Assembly (NCBI GenBank): GCA_965602015.1
Contig: OZ271918.1
Location: 288,001-352,000 of the forward strand
DNA from: Salinispira sp.
GTDB taxonomy: Bacteria; Spirochaetota; Spirochaetia; DSM-27196; Salinispiraceae
Direction: 5' to 3'
DNA length: 64,000 bases
In this document: positions 19,913-29,566 of the stretch, piece after piece
Position numbering within the stretch: position 1 is the stretch's first letter
Layout: the number at the start of each line of letters is the position of its first letter
Position numbers and translations under genes: made by a program
The notes under the pieces: generated by a model
Told to the model about the DNA's origin: nothing
The model's database searches: none
What the model saw: only the letters and a program-made list of their open reading frames with translations

Positions 19913-20745
19913 ATAACCGCCTGTTTCAAACATTAACGATTGCTTTTTTTCTGGCAGTTGTGCTATCTGCCAGCCTCTGGGCCGGCGGCGAAGCCGAACT
20001 GTGGGACCGCTGGATTCTTTCAGATGAGTCCAGCGAAGAAGTGCTTGATCACGGCCCTTGGGGAGATTTCCTCAGCAAGTATCGCTATGTCGGTGAAAAT
20101 GGGGTGGCGCTCATTCGATATGATGAAGTAAGCGCAGATGATCTCAGAAGCCTCGATACCTATGTAGATTATTTACAAGCTGTGGAGGTTGATACCCTCA
20201 ATTCCCGTGAACAATACGCATTTTGGGTGAATCTCTACAACGCGGCGACTATACAGTTGATACTCAGGGAATACCCCGTAACAAGCATCCGCCGAATCTC
20301 CGGGGCCCGAATTACCAGTCCTGGTCCATGGGATCTAAAGCTGCTGCAGGTTGCCGGGGAAGAACTCAGCCTCGACGATATCGAACACCGGATCCTGCGT
20401 CCCCGCTGGAAGGATCCACGAGTGCATTTCGTCGTAAACTGCGCAAGCATCGGATGTCCTGATGTCCCTCCCGTCCCCCTGACCGCTGAAAATCAAGACC
20501 GTTTGATGGAAGAAGGTGCTCGGATATACCTCAACCATCCGCGAGGTATCAAGGCTGACGGCAGGCGGCTTGTCATTAGCTCGATCTTCGATTGGTTTTC
20601 TGTAGATTTTGGTGAGAACGAGGCTGATATTCTGGATTTCATCGATGAATACCGCGATGTCGATCAGCTATTATCCGGTATTGGGAGAAGTCGGGAGAAT
20701 GTTGCTATCCGTTATGATTACGACTGGTCATTGAATTATGAATGA
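19909..20745 (+). CDS. DUF547 domain secreted protein
   Basis: Signal peptide; AFWVNLYNA.T, SLDDIEHRILR, DPRVHFVVNCASIGCP, YDWSLN. Confidence 0.9.
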   Translation: MNNRLFQTLTIAFFLAVVLSASLWAGGEAELWDRWILSDESSEEVLDHGPWGDFLSKYRYVGENGVALIRYDEVSADDLRSLDTYVDYLQAVEVDTLNSREQYAFWVNLYNAATIQLILREYPVTSIRRISGARITSPGPWDLKLLQVAGEELSLDDIEHRILRPRWKDPRVHFVVNCASIGCPDVPPVPLTAENQDRLMEEGARIYLNHPRGIKADGRRLVISSIFDWFSVDFGENEADILDFIDEYRDVDQLLSGIGRSRENVAIRYDYDWSLNYE

Positions 20746-20746
20746 A

Positions 20747-21996
20747 GTGTCCCCAAAACAGCTGATCGAATCAACATAACTCTTTTGCCAGTAGTCTTCT
20801 ATGACACGATTACCAGTTCATAGGAGATTAGCATGGCATTAATCCCTCGTTTCTGTCCGTACTCGGACTGTTCTCAGCATCATCGCGACAGAGAATCAAG
20901 CCGGTGCTGGTTTGTCCGAAACGGCCACTATCACTGCCGCCGCCTCGGTTCTTCCCAGCGCTATCGCTGCAAGCATTGCCGTCGATACTTCTGCGAAAGC
21001 GCGTTCCACCTCGATTATCGCGCACATCATCGCCTCGATTACCGGCGCATCTTCTCTTCAATCAACTCGGCCTCCGGCATTCGCGATATTGCCCGGGAGT
21101 TTTATGTCACCGACAAGGTCATTCTCAATCGGCTGAGCCGATTGTCCCGTCAGGCAATCGCTGCCATGGCCCAGTTATCGAATGATCATACAATCGATGA
21201 GGATATTGCCGTTGATGGGTTTGAAAGCTTTGTGTACAGCCAATACTGGCCAAACAATTTCACTCTCGCGGTAGGTTCCGACAGCCAGGTTGTCTATGCG
21301 TGCGACTATGCACAGATGCGGCGCAAAGGGCGGATGACCCCCGCACAAAAGCGCCGGCGCGATGAGCTCAATCGCCGGTATCCTATTGCAGGGGGACAAA
21401 TTGCGCGATCTTTCCGGGATGTGATAAACACCATTCTTCCCCGGTGGAAGGCTTATTCATCTAAGAAGCCATGCTATCTCTTGAGCGATGAAAAACTCGA
21501 ATACCGCCGTGAGCTCTGCGCTCACCGGGACTGGGCGGCGTTGGAAAATGCAGGGCGGGTTATCCATCACCGAACCTCATCGAGGGTGGTCAGGACCACT
21601 GAAAACCCGCTGTTTCCTGTGAATTACCTGGATCGGGAGATACGAAAGGATCAATCCTGTCATGTCCGCCAGAGTGTCCAATGGTCAAAATCGGTGAACA
21701 ACAGCATGGAGCGGATGATGATCTACATCGCCTATCATAACCTGCTCAAGCCGTATCGGATAAACGGACGTAACGATATCAGCCATGGTGAGGTTGCCGG
21801 GTTTGACCGAAGGCGGGTACTCACGTTGGCAAAAAGGATGTTTACACAGCGGGCCTTCGTTCATCATCTGGTGTTGGACATCAGCCAATGGAAGACCTGG
21901 CACCGGATCTGGAAGACACCGGTGAGTGCGCTGAAGATCGATCTACCCGATTATGCGGTGGCCTGAGGAGCGGGAAATCAGCTGTTTTGGGGGCAC
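20747..21996 (+). mobile_element. IS-like element (1250 bp) bounded by the 20-bp repeat as terminal inverted repeats
   Basis: Left GTGTCCCCAAAACAGCTGAT 20747-20766 (1 mismatch) and right ATCAGCTGTTTTGGGGGCAC 21977-21996 enclose one transposase-like ORF. No direct target duplication is seen; the flanks are inverted (AATGAA/TTCATT). Confidence 0.8.
20833..21966 (+). CDS. IS1-like transposase: Zn ribbon + HTH + RNase H/DDE-type domain
   Basis: CPYSDC...RNG...QRYRCKHCRRYF (InsA-like Zn ribbon), GIRDIAREFYV (HTH), IAVDGFESF, LLSDEK..Y, PVNYLDREIR, YHNLLKP. AGGAG RBS at 20822. Confidence 0.75.
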   Translation: MALIPRFCPYSDCSQHHRDRESSRCWFVRNGHYHCRRLGSSQRYRCKHCRRYFCESAFHLDYRAHHRLDYRRIFSSINSASGIRDIAREFYVTDKVILNRLSRLSRQAIAAMAQLSNDHTIDEDIAVDGFESFVYSQYWPNNFTLAVGSDSQVVYACDYAQMRRKGRMTPAQKRRRDELNRRYPIAGGQIARSFRDVINTILPRWKAYSSKKPCYLLSDEKLEYRRELCAHRDWAALENAGRVIHHRTSSRVVRTTENPLFPVNYLDREIRKDQSCHVRQSVQWSKSVNNSMERMMIYIAYHNLLKPYRINGRNDISHGEVAGFDRRRVLTLAKRMFTQRAFVHHLVLDISQWKTWHRIWKTPVSALKIDLPDYAVA

Positions 21997-22035
21997 TTCA
22001 TTGATATTCCCCGTGGAGCAATCTATTCTTAGGCT

Positions 22036-25000
22036 ATGAATCACAAATCCATCCAAAACCTGGCTGATTTTCTAAAGAATATGGTGATTCTCAGTCCATC
22101 CGCCCCCGGTGACCAGGATGCCGAAGGCTCAAAATCCGATAATGGAAACACTGTGGTGGATGACATTCAGCAGAGCAGCAATTTCCCATCTGCAGATGCA
22201 TCATCTGACCGCGTCAAGGTTGATGCCCTGGAAACGCATATCAAGACTGAACCTGGACCGCCCTGTCTTGGCGTCACCGGGAACAATCTCTCGCTTTTAG
22301 CAGAAGAAATCCGCACATCATTAGCTGAACTGCTTCCAAGTGCCGGGTTTTTGGCTTTCGATTTTCCCGCTGATGGTTTGTGGAATAGCTCGTACTTTCC
22401 GTTTCTTGATTTGCTTCAAGAGCTTTACAAGAGTCGGGATGATGTGGAGCGTATGGTGCAGCGGTATTGCTATCAACCTCAACAGGAGGTTTTTTGCTCG
22501 GTGTTGCGAGGGACTGCAATTTCCAGAACGGATCCGCTTTTTGACGTTGAGCTTGCGTTCGAACGGCAGAAATTTCAGCAGGGAATCGCTGATCTGATCC
22601 GGGCAGCCATCGGAAACACTTTGACCTTGGTGTATTTGGCTGGGGTTGAGCACATGCACCGCTCTGCGGTCGGTGTTTTTCGCCAGTTTCTTGAGGAACC
22701 GGGGAATATTAGGTTTATTTGCGGTTTTTATGATGAGCCCGATGTTCGCATCGGCACAGCGTCGGCATTTTCCTCGATCTTCGAGTCAAACATGATACCT
22801 CAAATTTCAAGGAGGTTTTCCAAGTCTCAACCGCCGCGGTCCGCTGTTGATGCTCCGTCTCTTGCGGACAAGATCGACTTACTGGAAAAGAGTTGTGCAC
22901 TTTTTGACAGCGAACTGGCTGTTCTTCAGGCTGAAGATTTGCAAATGCCCGGCTACAGCGATGATCTTCAGCTTAGGCTAGGAGCGATCGAGCAGGGCAG
23001 GCTTCAAATGATTTTGGGTAGGGTGCATCGTTTTTCCGGACAGTACCGGGCCGCCCATGATCACTATCTCCGGGCGTTCTCTATTTTCCGAAACTCCGGA
23101 GATGCTTCAGCGGAGGCGATGTGCGCTGAAAATCTCAGCCAGTGTGCATTGCTCCTTTATGATCGGCGGGATGCTGAATATTTTTGCCAATGCTTTCATG
23201 ATTATGCGATGCAGGTCCATGATTGGGACTTGATTGCCAGGGCAGAATTGCTTCGCTTTCAGCTGCAGCAGTTTCAAAATGAGTACTTCAAGGGCTACAT
23301 CGGGTTTTTACGCAAGAGACTGACAATTCTGGAACCGGCATTTGCCAAGCTCGGTATGCGCAATGCTTTGGCATACGTGCTGAGTAATGAAACGATGATC
23401 AGCTCCATGCTCAAGGCAAATGAGGGTGTGAAAGAAACCATCGATTTTTTACTCCGCGCGTTGGATATTGCTGCGGAGATCGGCAATTCTTATCGGCTTT
23501 CTCTCATTAATCACTATCTGGGCATAGGGTATCAGGCATTGGCTGAACGGGATACTGCCTCCCGTTACTATCGACAATCTATTGAACTGGCGAGAAGCCT
23601 GTCAGATGAAAAGCTCGCAAATCGCTTGAGCAATGGAGTGGGATACTTCTTTTTTTCGGCAGGTGATTTTTCTGTCGCCGCGGATTTTTACGATGAGGCG
23701 CTGCGTGGTCTGGTACGTGAACGGGATTTTGCAGAGGTTTGCAGCTCGTTGTTCAATTTCGGTAGTATCAATTTTTTTCGGCACCTGTACTCCGTTGCGA
23801 TGCCGTTTTACGAAACAATGCTGAGAATAATGGATGCATTGGAAATTGGTGATCTCCAGTATCACAGCCGGGAAATCATCTACTCGCTTATCGGAATATG
23901 TGCGATAAAAACCGGCGACATCAATAAGGGGTACCGCTTTCACCGGATGGTGCTCGCTGAATGCGAGTCGCCCTCTACATACTCGACCTTTGAGTATTAT
24001 CACTTTTTTCAGGCGGTAATGGCCCGATATGAGGGTCGGATAGCTGAATGCGAGCGGGAGCTTGAAAAGGTCATCGACATTGAGCAAAGCAAAGCGGTTG
24101 ATGAGGCCTACCTTGTTATCCGTGCGTATTTCGAGCTTGCGGACCTGTATAAATTCCAGGGGCGTACAGAAGATTGTGCGCGGACAATCTCCCTCATTAG
24201 GGAGCTGATACCTGAAGGCAGTTTTCCTGATGTTCTCATCAGCCTCGAGGCGATGGAGGCTGATTCAGGGGAAAAGGTTTTCACCCCCATCGTGCCTGGT
24301 GATATCCCCCTGGATTTTATTGTCGAACTGGCTGAACAGGAAGCTGGTTTGCGCAGACTCAATTCCCAGATGGAGCAAATGCGGCTTCTCAACGAATTTC
24401 AGGATATCCTCCGGAATTACAGCGGGTTAGGTCGATACCCGAATTCGGAAATCCGGTTCTTGGCGGCTGCCGGTGACTTTTTAATAAGATCGTCGGCTGA
24501 TGATCGCGCTGATTCTTTTCCAGGGGAATTTTGTCACGCCCTCCTCGAACAAGACTCCTCTCTGGCGGGGAAATTTGAGGGGGCCTATTATCTGTGCCGC
24601 TCCTGGAAACATCACCAGGCAGGGCAAATAATGGAAGCCCGCAGGGATCTTACTGCATCGTTTGATGCTGCAAGAAATTATCGAAACTTTGATCTGCTCT
24701 CCCAGTTCATGCGTGAAGGCGAAGCGTTTGACCTCGGCGGATCTTCCTCGGTGATAAATGAGATGGTACTACTCTGGCGCATTGCTCAGTGCCGGCCGGA
24801 CTTCCGTAGTGAATCTGGTCTGATGGATATTCCACCGCATTCCGGCTCCGGCAATGAAGGTCAGCATGATTATGATCAGTATGGTTTGCTCGAGCACATG
24901 CTGAGCTATCACGCTCTGATCGCCGCTGCTGTTAGACTCATCGCCGAAGGGAACTCCTTCGATTTCGCTGTCTTAGCGGAGTTTGATAACGGTCGTCGAT

Positions 25001-26241
25001 GTTTTTCCGAATCTCTGGTCCCCCGTTCAAGGCGTAGTGAAGCCTATGACGCCATGGTCTTACGATTTCTTGAGGATGTATTTGCTTCCTGGTCCCGAGG
25101 AGAGCACAGGGATAAGAGCCTGTCTGCCGAAGCGGCTACCCAACTGGGGCTAGAGCATTCAAGGATCTTTACATCCGGCAAATCCGAAGAGATATCACTC
25201 CTGCTTATTGTCGGGGGCTATCATGATGACAAAGTCTACAACCGTGAGGTTTCGCATATGATAGGCATCATGTTGGATCAACTGCTGACCGCCCTGAGCA
25301 AGGTTCGGGGCGAGATGCTTATTCTCCGACAGAACAGGGATCTCGAGGCTGCGGTGAAGGAACGAACGAATGAGCTCTCACAAAGTCTCGCTCACATTGA
25401 GCGGCAAAAAGCTCAGATCCAGAGCTATGCCGCCCGGCTTGAAGAAACTGTTGAGGAGCGGGGACGGGAACTGGTTAATTCCGAACGCAGGGCGACCCTT
25501 GCTCAGCTGGTGGCGAATTTGTCGCATGAAATCAGCAGTCCTCTCGGCAACGTTATATTGCTAAACAGCGCTTCAAAGACTGAACTATCGGACATTCTGA
25601 GCGCTGCGGAGGACGGCACGCTGAGTCTGAATGGGCTGCAGGACTTTCTTAAACGCAGCGTCGATTCCTCATCTATTATCGCCGACAACGTGAACCGGGT
25701 GCTTGACCTGGTGTCGAGCTATCGGAAGGTGGCTCATGATCAGGCAAAACCGGAAATAGAAGTTGTAGAGCTTCGGGAATATCTGCAATCAGTTTTTATC
25801 CTGTTCAAACCCCGGCTCACCCGCGCCGGCGTTGAATTAACGCTCGAATGCCCGGACAATCTCACCATCCGCAGCTATCCCGGAATTCTGTCCCAAATAA
25901 TGAGCAATCTGTTGATCAATGCCCTCACCCATGCCTTCACGGATGATCAGCGGCAGAAGCACATTCAACTTTCTGTTTCCTCACGAACCGACGTTCTGGA
26001 ACTGAGATTTACCGACAACGGTATGGGGATGGACTCCCAGATCCGCAGCAGGATTTTTGAAGCCTACTTCACCACCAACAAAACCGGGGGAGGAACGGGT
26101 TTGGGATTGCATATCATTCAAAGCCTCGTGGAAAAAAACCTCAAGGGCAGCATCAGCTGTTCGAGCGCCCCTGGTGACGGAACAGAGTTTTTTATCAGCC
26201 TTCCTCTTTCCCTTGATGATCCGAACGGCCCTTCTTCCTAA
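22036..26241 (+). CDS. Large cytoplasmic TPR-repeat sensor histidine kinase
   Basis: TPR-like helices (LGIGYQAL...ASRYYRQSIELA; NGVGYFFF..GDF..AADFYDEAL), coiled coil, H-box LVANLSHEISSPLG, NLLINA..HAF, DNGMGM, GGTGLGL. Confidence 0.88.
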   Translation: MNHKSIQNLADFLKNMVILSPSAPGDQDAEGSKSDNGNTVVDDIQQSSNFPSADASSDRVKVDALETHIKTEPGPPCLGVTGNNLSLLAEEIRTSLAELLPSAGFLAFDFPADGLWNSSYFPFLDLLQELYKSRDDVERMVQRYCYQPQQEVFCSVLRGTAISRTDPLFDVELAFERQKFQQGIADLIRAAIGNTLTLVYLAGVEHMHRSAVGVFRQFLEEPGNIRFICGFYDEPDVRIGTASAFSSIFESNMIPQISRRFSKSQPPRSAVDAPSLADKIDLLEKSCALFDSELAVLQAEDLQMPGYSDDLQLRLGAIEQGRLQMILGRVHRFSGQYRAAHDHYLRAFSIFRNSGDASAEAMCAENLSQCALLLYDRRDAEYFCQCFHDYAMQVHDWDLIARAELLRFQLQQFQNEYFKGYIGFLRKRLTILEPAFAKLGMRNALAYVLSNETMISSMLKANEGVKETIDFLLRALDIAAEIGNSYRLSLINHYLGIGYQALAERDTASRYYRQSIELARSLSDEKLANRLSNGVGYFFFSAGDFSVAADFYDEALRGLVRERDFAEVCSSLFNFGSINFFRHLYSVAMPFYETMLRIMDALEIGDLQYHSREIIYSLIGICAIKTGDINKGYRFHRMVLAECESPSTYSTFEYYHFFQAVMARYEGRIAECERELEKVIDIEQSKAVDEAYLVIRAYFELADLYKFQGRTEDCARTISLIRELIPEGSFPDVLISLEAMEADSGEKVFTPIVPGDIPLDFIVELAEQEAGLRRLNSQMEQMRLLNEFQDILRNYSGLGRYPNSEIRFLAAAGDFLIRSSADDRADSFPGEFCHALLEQDSSLAGKFEGAYYLCRSWKHHQAGQIMEARRDLTASFDAARNYRNFDLLSQFMREGEAFDLGGSSSVINEMVLLWRIAQCRPDFRSESGLMDIPPHSGSGNEGQHDYDQYGLLEHMLSYHALIAAAVRLIAEGNSFDFAVLAEFDNGRRCFSESLVPRSRRSEAYDAMVLRFLEDVFASWSRGEHRDKSLSAEAATQLGLEHSRIFTSGKSEEISLLLIVGGYHDDKVYNREVSHMIGIMLDQLLTALSKVRGEMLILRQNRDLEAAVKERTNELSQSLAHIERQKAQIQSYAARLEETVEERGRELVNSERRATLAQLVANLSHEISSPLGNVILLNSASKTELSDILSAAEDGTLSLNGLQDFLKRSVDSSSIIADNVNRVLDLVSSYRKVAHDQAKPEIEVVELREYLQSVFILFKPRLTRAGVELTLECPDNLTIRSYPGILSQIMSNLLINALTHAFTDDQRQKHIQLSVSSRTDVLELRFTDNGMGMDSQIRSRIFEAYFTTNKTGGGTGLGLHIIQSLVEKNLKGSISCSSAPGDGTEFFISLPLSLDDPNGPSS

Positions 26242-27007
26242 TGCCTGGAGGAATGGGAAAAAGGAGCGGGGTGCTTCGCCTATATTCACGGAACTCGGAT
26301 ATCTGACCCCATTTTTTTTCCCAGCTTTTTTCGAGCAACGGTATACCGCTGACTTTTATGAGGAGAAAACTGATAAAAACCGGTCCGATGTACAGCAGGT
26401 ACTCAAATCCGTGAAAAAGCGTCAGGCCGGGAATACTGAGGGCCCACCACAGAAGTATTTCCCCGAAATAGTTGGGATGACGGGACCAGCTCCACAGGCC
26501 TGCCGACATCCATCGATCAGCATTCTGCTCCCGGGATTTAAAACGGTATTTTTGAATATCGGCAATGGTTTCAACCACTAGTCCAACTAAGAACAGGCCC
26601 CAGGAAAGCACGGTGAGCCAGATCGGAGGGGTACCGGCGCTTCGGATTATTCCAATGATGGGAAGCATGACTATCCATACGGTGATTGATTGTAATAGCC
26701 AGAATGCGCCAAACCGCACAAAACTGTCGCGTCTGTCATCGAAGCGATGATCCACCTTTATTTTCAAAATACGGAAGAATAGGTAACTGCCCAGGCGCAG
26801 GGCCCACAGGATAACCAGAGACCCGTGTATGATTCCGAACATCCCGCTTTCGCCGTACCGGAGGATTGCCGCAATGCTCAGGGCGATAAAACTGAGGCTG
26901 TACGTCAGGTCGGTAAACAGGTCGCTTTTGAGTTTGATCGCCGCTGAAAAAAACAGGGTGTTTATCCCCAGTGATAATAGAAGGAAAAGCAGGAGATCGA
27001 TAATCAT
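26195..27007 (-). CDS. DUF1295 / steroid 5-alpha-reductase-like membrane protein
   Basis: WALRLG.YL..R, ETIADIQK, GLWSWSRHPNYFGE, SGIPLLE. Confidence 0.88.
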   Translation of the reverse strand: MIIDLLLFLLLSLGINTLFFSAAIKLKSDLFTDLTYSLSFIALSIAAILRYGESGMFGIIHGSLVILWALRLGSYLFFRILKIKVDHRFDDRRDSFVRFGAFWLLQSITVWIVMLPIIGIIRSAGTPPIWLTVLSWGLFLVGLVVETIADIQKYRFKSREQNADRWMSAGLWSWSRHPNYFGEILLWWALSIPGLTLFHGFEYLLYIGPVFISFLLIKVSGIPLLEKSWEKKWGQISEFREYRRSTPLLFPIPPGIRKKGRSDHQGKEEG

Positions 27008-28422
27008 GTCTGCTCCTCAAACCACACCTTCGAGGAATTTGCGAAGGACTTTTTGCCCGCGAGGAAAAAATACCAGATTAATGTTCCCAGGGCGTACGCA
27101 AGGGCGACTCCCAGGGCCGCGACAAACCAGGTCATATCCCCGGTCTGATAAGCCCTGGCTGAAAAGTTGATCGATAGGATAAAGGGTATTGCCAGAACGA
27201 AGGTCATTCCCGAGGCATAGGTATAATCCGAGGCCACCGGGGTTTCAAATTCAGGGTCGAGAACCCGAAGCAGTGCCAGACCGGTTGACAGGGTTCCCGT
27301 AGAAACGCCGAATACCAGGAGGGAACGCAGGAATTTATGATCGGTGAACACCCGGCTTCCCATCCAGGGGATTATGGTGATGGTCATAGCTCCGGCTGCC
27401 AGTGCGGTAATTATTATGGGAATCCAGTACTGGGCGACCACCACCAGACTGATTGCGGCTATCGAGCTGGTGACCATCAGGTCCACCGACAGTCCGGAAA
27501 CCCGGTTGAGGGTCCGGTTGTCCAAAATGTGATCCGCGCCGAAGACGCTGAAGAGTTTGCGGACCAGCATCCCCATCAAAGCGGCAAATATAAAACTGAT
27601 CCCCCAGAGGTTTGTCGCCAGCTCGCTACCCATCGGACCTAAGAGCCCAAGAAGCACTCCCAGGCCGCTGAGAAACAGGAATGTGAGCATATACGCGAAC
27701 AGTACTGCGACGGCGTTGAAGGTCAGCGGATCGATGGCCTCAGTCTGGGTCGTCTGATAAGAACCGACGGGAAGCTCTGACCCTTTGGGGTACACGCCGG
27801 TTCGAACGCCTTCAGTTCTTATGCTGTCGATGTACGCCGAGCTGATCCATTTGTGCTTCACTCCGTAGTTGATAAGGAAAATCCCCCCGAAGCTCGCGAC
27901 AATGAAGCCGATGGCGGCGAAGGTAAGACCCACTGTCCCCGCATCATCAATACCGAATATCTTCCAGCCCTCCCCGATTGCGAACGCCTGCCCGGGGCCT
28001 TGCGCGTAGCCAAGGGGGAGAAGAAGCCCGAAACTATGAAACAGGTCGGGCATAAAGCTGTGGATAAACAGCCAGGTCAGGCCCAGGCCGATGAGCGCCT
28101 GAATGCCGAACTGAGACAGAATCGCCATCGAAGTTCCGGAAATGTTTCTGCCCCGACCCTTCTGCTTGTACGGCGCCCGCAGGGTTAGGGCGATAAATGA
28201 CAGGCTCAAAAGATGATATGCCAGCTCTCCCAGAGCATCGGTGTTCATATTGAGGCTGGGAAACACGTAATTATACAGGGGCAGCAAAATGAAGCCGGCA
28301 ATAATGGAGTTGGGGATCAGAAACCGCTGGAAAAACCTGACCCTGGTCCTGATAAAGGTGGCCAGAAGCAGACCTGCAGCGATGATTCCTCCGTTGAGAA
28401 AAAAGTTCCAGTTGAAATTCAT
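27004..28422 (-). CDS. Sodium/glutamate symporter (GltS family)
   Basis: FQRFLIPNSIIAG, GYAQGPGQA, GLTFAAIGF, FGVSTGT..TG.ALLR.LDP. Confidence 0.85.
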   Translation of the reverse strand: MNFNWNFFLNGGIIAAGLLLATFIRTRVRFFQRFLIPNSIIAGFILLPLYNYVFPSLNMNTDALGELAYHLLSLSFIALTLRAPYKQKGRGRNISGTSMAILSQFGIQALIGLGLTWLFIHSFMPDLFHSFGLLLPLGYAQGPGQAFAIGEGWKIFGIDDAGTVGLTFAAIGFIVASFGGIFLINYGVKHKWISSAYIDSIRTEGVRTGVYPKGSELPVGSYQTTQTEAIDPLTFNAVAVLFAYMLTFLFLSGLGVLLGLLGPMGSELATNLWGISFIFAALMGMLVRKLFSVFGADHILDNRTLNRVSGLSVDLMVTSSIAAISLVVVAQYWIPIIITALAAGAMTITIIPWMGSRVFTDHKFLRSLLVFGVSTGTLSTGLALLRVLDPEFETPVASDYTYASGMTFVLAIPFILSINFSARAYQTGDMTWFVAALGVALAYALGTLIWYFFLAGKKSFANSSKVWFEEQT

Positions 28423-28508
28423 GGACCCTCCTGATGGGCGTCAGGCTTATAATCATACGACGGCCTTTGCCACTGGACAAGCAGAGATTTCGTGCTAAGA
28501 TTTTCCCC

Positions 28509-29333
28509 ATGGAGCTAGCGGGCTTTTTACCAGAGTTTTTCGACGAGATCGACTCCACCAATTCTTATGTTTCCCGGCATTTTGACGAGCTGCCTCACCA
28601 CAGCCTGATTTATGCGGGCATCCAGACCCTCGGCCGTGGTCGACTTTCACGGGAGTGGGATTCTTCCGCCCGGGGAAATCTTTACATGAGCCTGCTGATT
28701 AAGGATCCTCAGGTCCTCAAGGCCGCGGCAGTTGCCAATTTCACTCAGCTCATGGCCCTTTCGGCTGTCAGGGCCCTAAGGAATTTAGGGGTCAGGGCGG
28801 GCATCAAATGGCCGAATGACATTTTTGCCGCAAGCAAAATTTCAGGTGATCACCGGTCTGTAGGTCGGAATGTGAGCCAGCCGGAGGCTGCAATAACGGG
28901 TAAGCTGGGAGGAATTCTCAGTGAAGGACGGTTTTCCGGGGACCGGGTCCGCGGGGTAATCATCGGGCTGGGGCTGAACCTCGCTGGCGCGCCGGTGCTT
29001 CCGGCTGATAGTCCCTACCGGGCGGTGAGCGTGGCCGATCTACTGCCACCTGGGCAAAATCATCCTATTGACGTGGAGCAGTTTCTGCCCCGTATTCTTG
29101 GAGAATATAGCGCCCTGTATCCGGATTTTTGCCGGGAGGGTTTCGCATCGTTTGCCGGGGAATATCAGGAGGCGCTACTGTTTACCGATAAACCGTTGCG
29201 CATAGAAGCCGATGGATTCAAAGACGAGTATCGCTTCGCCGGTTTGGGTGAGGGCGGCGGCTTGCTCCTGAAATCAATGAAGGGAGAAACGGTGGAATTA
29301 CATGCGGGAGATATACGATGGGAAATTTTCTGA
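28509..29333 (+). CDS. birA: Biotin--[carboxylase] ligase
   Basis: IDSTN, QTLGRGRLSREW.S, IKWPNDI, KLGGILSE, IGLGLN; adjacent to the biotin-dependent oad genes. Confidence 0.9.
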   Translation: MELAGFLPEFFDEIDSTNSYVSRHFDELPHHSLIYAGIQTLGRGRLSREWDSSARGNLYMSLLIKDPQVLKAAAVANFTQLMALSAVRALRNLGVRAGIKWPNDIFAASKISGDHRSVGRNVSQPEAAITGKLGGILSEGRFSGDRVRGVIIGLGLNLAGAPVLPADSPYRAVSVADLLPPGQNHPIDVEQFLPRILGEYSALYPDFCREGFASFAGEYQEALLFTDKPLRIEADGFKDEYRFAGLGEGGGLLLKSMKGETVELHAGDIRWEIF

Positions 29334-29566
29334 CGGGCATCAATTTTATGCTTGTGGGCATGGGAGGGGTGTTCTCCTTTCTGCTGATTCTGGTGATAAG
29401 CATGAACGCCATGCACAGGCTGGTTGCCCTGTGGGAGCGCTCGGAATCCAATAAGACCCAAGCGCTCGGCGAAGATGTAACCGACGAGGAAGGTGCACGC
29501 AGCGCCGCAATCGTCGCAGCCCTTCATTATCATAAAACGCGTACTTCAAAGAGGAAAATACAATGA
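29318..29566 (+). CDS. oadG: Oxaloacetate decarboxylase gamma subunit
   Basis: MLVGMGGVFSFLLILV TM, AAIVAALHYH; directly before oadA. Confidence 0.85.
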   Translation: MGNFLTGINFMLVGMGGVFSFLLILVISMNAMHRLVALWERSESNKTQALGEDVTDEEGARSAAIVAALHYHKTRTSKRKIQ

